A stretch of 64,000 nt of DNA. Source: the human T2T-CHM13v2.0 reference genome, Homo sapiens. This document shows, piece after piece, positions 58,461-64,000 of the stretch. Made by a program: the position numbers and the translations under genes. The stretch lies in NCBI RefSeq assembly GCF_009914755.1, contig NC_060929.1; one strand, 5' to 3'. Position 1 is the first letter of the stretch. Every line of letters starts with the position of its first letter. A model generated the notes under the pieces. The model searched no databases. It was given only the letters and a program-made list of their open reading frames with translations, and was not told the DNA's origin.

Positions 58461-60131
58461 CAAATTTTAATCAATAACAAATTTTTCCATGTGACAGTTT
58501 GAATGATGGCAAGTGTCTCTTAATGATAACTATTTCTACAGTTTATTATCCTGTTCTGTCTTTGCAATTTTCCATGTTTCCATTAAGAAGTGGTTTCTAG
58601 CTTTTTATCTATAACGAATTTTCAGGTTTTAACTTACTTAACTGAACATATAACTGGCTTCAGTTTTAACCATGTTATTTTGTGTTGATTATCTCTATGA
58701 GCAATAGTAATTGAACAAAGGATTAATATTTGTTACTCATTTCTGGAGTAAAGTCTGTTAGTAGAAATAAGGCACAGGGTGCATGAATCTAAAAATGTGA
58801 CCAAAGCATCCTGCCTAATCCATAAATTCTGTCCTTCTTTCTGACCTGGTATCCAGCCTTAGATAGATCCCTGCCTTACTCTTCTTTCCCCTTCTTCAAC
58901 TAACTTGTCTTGGCAATATTTCGGAGTGAGGACTTGAAATAAGAAGGGCTTAGAGAAGTAGGTTAATTTAGGCCCAGCTGTTAATGGCTAAATATATTAC
59001 CTTTCTCAGAGGTATTTGCATTTTAAATGAGGGTGGCTCTCCAGACACTTTTGGGGAACCAAGAGTCTCACCCTCCAAAGACCATTTGCAAAAATGGAAT
59101 TTTTGACTTCGGAGTGAGGAAAGCCCTTAACATCCCTTGACTCCCAGATCCTTAGTGCTAGAGCGGACTTAGGAAGTCAACTCCACTTAAACCTCACTTG
59201 TTTATAGGGAAACAACCAGCAAAGGGGTGTGACTTGGCCAAGGTCACACAGTGAGGCAGCACTAGAGCTAGGCCTGTCACCAAGGGTAGCAGGCAGTATT
59301 CAGGCCTTTTCTATAACTCCAGGTCATCTCTCAGTGAAACTTTGTAGGCACCCTGCTGCTTAAGAATACACAGAACAATACATAGAACAAGAATACACAG
59401 AACAAGGGTGGGGATAGGCATAATTACCTCTCTGGGGTGAGATAGAAATTGCATGCCAGTGGCCTTAGAGACACTGAAAGACCCCAGGTAATTACATTGC
59501 CAGCCTCCATCTGTTGCCAAGTAACCCCTCAGTCACAGCATCACCAAGTCAGCCTCTTGGGTTGTTGTATCCTTCTGATCTGCATTTTTCTTCTTCTGAC
59601 CTAATGACCTCTCAAATGCTTACAACTGCCAGCTAATAGGATGAAAATTGCATATACCATCCAAATAAAAAAGACTTGCATGTTTCGATAGATTAGTTGA
59701 TAATTAGGCTTCAAATTACTAATTAATTCAGTTTGAAACATAGTCGAGTATGTGGTGTGTTTTCTTCCCCCTTCAGAGGAATAATGCAATTCATAAGACG
59801 ATAATTTTTAGAATTTCTGCCACATAATTAGCCTACTGCTGCATAGAACTGACCCACTCCTTCGGAATGTTTGTGATTAGGGTGTAATTATAGAGTTAGA
59901 GACCAAGGAAGGCTTTGAAAGATTTAACAAAAGGAGGGAGCTACACTTTTATTTTACAGTTCTTTCTGTCCCTGTCGGAATGCATGAGCTTCAAAGTAGC
60001 CAGCAGCATTCTTTTAGCAGATCACTTCGGAGGAATGCTTCTGGGGTTCAAATAGCCACCTTTGAAGGGCTGCCGGAAGAGAGGAGGGGAGGAGATTGTA
60101 GGTTAGAGAAGACAACTTATAGGCAAGGAGT

Positions 60132-60183
60132 CAAAACAAAACAAAACAAAACAAAACAAAAACAAACAAACAAAAAAAAAAAA
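60132..60183 (+). repeat. (CAAAA)n/(CAAA)n simple repeat
   Basis: Direct reading. Confidence 0.9.
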
Positions 60184-60711
60184 CCTTGTTTTTTGTCCAG
60201 ATGCCCCTTTTAGCTGGCTCTGTATTCTTGGACAACTCTCCAATCCTCAGTTTCCTCATCTGTCAATTGAGAACAATAATTCCTACTCTACCTACTCATA
60301 GTGTCACTGGGGAGACCAAATATGTTGCCAAATGCACCATGCTTTAAAAAGTTAAAAGTGTTCTGCACAAATGGAAAATTCTTACTTCACATATTAAATC
60401 CGCCCATCTGTACATATTCACATATGGTGTGTATGTACATATGCATATATATGCTTGCATATATATCCATATTTTATAGGAGAGATATGTATGTTTATTT
60501 CCATAGCATTGGTGTGGGCATAAGATGAACTTGAACCATGCAGAAATTGGAAAGCTATGCCACTATCTCTCACAGATGTGCCTGGGTCCTGGAACACACA
60601 AGTGCTGAGCCTGGCTGCCAGTGGTCCTCCAAACCCTAACACTGACTGTGCATTCACTCCCTGCTCTGAGACTGTGGGGAGTGCAGACATCTGGCAGCCA
60701 GAGTCCTTCAG

Positions 60712-62023
60712 AGTTGTAGTTCTTATCTTTGTGACTCACCAGAAGCAAATCTTAGACCAAATGAGTGTTTCTCAAAACAGAGGACCTGTGGACCTCTGTA
60801 GTGTTTCTGTAGAGCCAGTTTGGAAAATGTGGCACCAACAAGCGAATGCTTCAGTGCCACTGCAATTGCCAATATGAGTACCTAAACCATGGAGTAAATG
60901 GTCAGATTGTTATATTGGTATTTAGAATTTCACTGGAATGAAAGCACATATTTTAAAATTCTCATAGAGAACTAGAAGATTGGGAGAATTTACACAGGGT
61001 TCAGCAGACTCCTGTCTGAAAAATATTGAATTTGTTGGACAACATTGACCAGTGTGAACAATATGGTGCCTTCTAGAGGAGTAGTAACAATAGTAATATC
61101 AACAATCTCTCTCATTTTTATACCATATTATAGTTTATGTGATATTTCTGTATGAATCATACTACCGGGTTTTGGATGTCATAATACTCCTATGAAGTAA
61201 ACAAGGTGGAATTCATCATCCCCATTTTACAGATGTGGGAACTGAGGCTGAGACATTACATGACTGAGCTGCAGAGGAGAAAGACAGGAACCTAATTAAT
61301 GGAGTTTGGCTGTCAGGAATATGACAAAAACCAAGAGATGTGGGCATAAGAATAAGATGATCAGGCTAACCTGATGCTGAGACACTTGAGTCACTGAATT
61401 AGAATTCCTTAAACCCCTAATAAATTACAACAATAATAACAATGGCAATAACTTCCACAATTGACTGATTGCTACATTCTAGACACTATGATAAACACTT
61501 AAATGCATGTCAATTAAACCTTCCCAATAGCCCTTGAGGTTGATATTATCCTCAGATGAAGAAACAGAGCTTCAGAAAGGTTGACTTTTCCACAGTCACA
61601 AAACATATAAAGTGATGGAGCTGCACTTCTCCTCAAGGGCCATGGAATCCCAAAATTTGTGTTCTTATTACCGTGCCATGTGAGTGCTGGGCAGGGAGAG
61701 TTGGGGAAAGAGTCAGGAAAGAGAGGGGGTTGTCCTGGACAAGACAGCTTGAGTTTAAATCTTGTCTACAGTAGCAGCAATAGATCTGACATTCCAACCC
61801 AGGCTCTCAAATTCCCATTGGACATCTGTCTCACCATTTACTCCATGGTTTAGGTACTCATATTGGCAATCGCAGTGGCACTGAAGCATTCACTTGTTAG
61901 TGCTGCATTTTCCAAACTGGCTCTACAGACACACCACAGAGGTCCACAGGTCCTCTGTTTTGAGAAACACTCATTTGGTCTAAGATTTGCTTCTGGTGAG
62001 TCACAAAGGTAAGAACTACAACT
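60712..62023. repeat. 191-bp inverted repeat pair (arms 60712-60902 and 61833-62023) with 930-bp spacer
   Basis: Manual alignment of arm 1 with the reverse complement of arm 2: 8 substitutions, no indels. Confidence 0.95.
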
Positions 62024-62599
62024 ACATTGATGGAATTTTATTAAAATTATTATTTCTAGTGTGACAGAAGCTGAGGAAGAGATGACGGAGTTAGCCCATT
62101 CCAGGTCTTATCGGGGTACTTGGGAACCAGGACAGTTGGCCATTTCTGCCATGTGCTTGCAGATTAACTCCTGTAGAATGTTAGATTGGAAGTTTTAGTC
62201 TATTTGGCAGCTATTCCAAGCCCCCAGCCCCATGCTGCTGCTCCTCTGCGGGATCAGCCCTGAGCAGAAACTGTTCTTTAGTCTCCTTGCTCCCCTGTGG
62301 TGATAAATCTGTCAGCTCCTTCTGCAAAGCTGAGCTCATCCACTTTCTTCAGTGCCTCTCTTCCTGTTGGCTCCGTACCTCACAGTTATGTTTAGTTTCT
62401 GCAGCTTCTGGTTAGGCAGGTGGTATAGTAGTTGGGAAGGGTGGCTTTGGAGCCAGTTCTGGGTTTGAATTCTGACTTTTATACTTATTAGCTATGTAAC
62501 ATTAGTCAATTTATCTACCTTTTCTGAGTTTTTGTTGCCTTATCTTTAAAAAAGAGAATGATATTATGTACATTCTTATAGGGTTTTATGAGAACTAAG

Positions 62600-62872
62600 T
62601 GAGATCCCTCAACGCTCTCGGAAATGAAATCACATCTACCTGTTTTATGCTGCCATAGCCCCAGATATTTTTTCACTTACTATACTTGAGATTAGATAAC
62701 TGATTCTCTATTATTTCATGTCTTCTTCCCTGTTTATCTACAAGCTCCTAGAGGAAGGATTGTGTGTGACTTATTCTCTGTTGAATTCCCAGGGCCTGGC
62801 GAAGTGAGTTGCACATAACAGGTGTGCTTTAAAAAGTCAATGAATGAATGAATGAATGAATGAATAAATGAA
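62600..62872 (+). mobile_element. L2 3' end with (GAAT)n tail
   Basis: AAGCTCCTAGAGGAAGG...CCCAGGGCCTGG...TGAATGAATGAATGAATG. Confidence 0.7.
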
Positions 62873-64000
62873 TTCCTAGAAAATAATGTCTGCACCTACA
62901 TATCAAATGTACTTAAAGGCAAAATCTTTTAGCACCTATGCTAGAAGAAGTAGAGGTAGTAGGAATATGAATTTAGTTATGAATATGCAAATAAGTAGTT
63001 AAAGACAGGCCTAAGAGGCCTTCTAACCCACTTCATGTAGAGAGCCAGAATCTCCTCTACAACGTCCCCAACAGAAACTCAGCCATCAGGTTCATGCTTG
63101 AATAATACCCAGTGATGGAAAAGTCCTACCTCTGAGACAGCCCCTTTTCTTCTCAAAGGGCTCAGACAGTTTCTGCACTCTTCCTGGAACAGGGCACGAC
63201 CTGTGTGCTGCTCACCCTGTGTCACTCTCTCATCACTTCTGACTCTAATGCCCTCTGGCTCTTGCAAAACTTACCTGTGCCTTCCCACAAAGCAGCCTTT
63301 GAGTATTTGAAAATGGCTACCTTGCTTACTCTTTGGTGTTTGCACCTTCAGTCTGGACACACCCCTGTTCCCCCAGTGCCTTCTCTCAGGATGTGGTTCT
63401 TACAGCTGTCCAGACAACCACCAAACATGGACCAGGCCTGTCCGTATGCCTGATACTGCACTGGGCTCATGCAAGAAGGACTAAGAAGCATGAGGCTGAA
63501 CTTTGTCCCAGAAGCAACCTGACCTTTTCTTCCAGCTAGATTAGAACATGTAAAATAACATTCTCAAAAGAATGCCAGAGAAAAATCACAGCCTGTGAAA
63601 ATATCTAAGCCTCATAGATGGCCACCTACCCTGTCACAGTGTGGTGATCAGAGGCCAGGGAGGCCGCCTCAGCTGTGGGGTGTCTGGGAAGGCTCGTGAG
63701 GCTGCATCTACAAGGCCAGCAGTCATGTAGAGTGTGCCCTCCCCCTTGTTTGAAGAATCCAGCGGAGTGAGAGCTGAAGGGTACCTATGAAACTCATCTC
63801 ACCCGGCGCCTCATTTTATAAAATAGACACTCAAGAATGAGAGAAAGGAGGTGATCTGTCTGAATTCACCCAGAAGTTAAACAGCAAAGCTGGGCTAGGA
63901 TTTGGAGTATTCACTTGCTCCTTCTTTGTGGCTTCTTTTCTCCAAACTGCCTTTTCACAATGTGCCCATATGCCTCTGTGTTGAGGGTGGGGCAGGAGCA

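Noticed and set aside
59361-59405. AAGAATACACAGAAC repeated units
   Set aside because: Short degenerate tandem repeat without unique spacers; not CRISPR-like

Overview
Human (or very close great-ape) genomic DNA lying entirely inside the AMPA-receptor gene GRIA1 (GluA1) on the + strand. It covers the distal ~48 kb of the large intron 2, coding exons 3 (48112-48351), 4 (51503-51687) and 5 (56996-57049), which encode part of the amino-terminal domain, and the start of intron 5. Exon numbering is recalled, not derived from the window. The rest is typical primate intron: Alu, L1PA/L1M, L2, MIR, MER2, MER5A, MER30, MER58A, MADE1, MLT1D and microsatellites. Almost all ORFs in the supplied track are spurious or repeat-derived. 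I found no new protein-coding system. The most notable unexplained structure is a set of long, closely spaced inverted repeats. These are a 191-bp, ~96% identical, mostly non-TE pair in intron 5 (60712-60902/61833-62023), two inverted young L1 3' ends sharing a non-consensus variant (one a twin-primed insertion), an inverted duplication inside an ancient L1M, and inverted Alus bracketing exon 4, which has a weak donor. They are candidate dsRNA/ADAR, back-splicing or micro-inversion substrates; that function is inferred and untested. Repeat subfamily calls and some boundaries were made by eye and are approximate.
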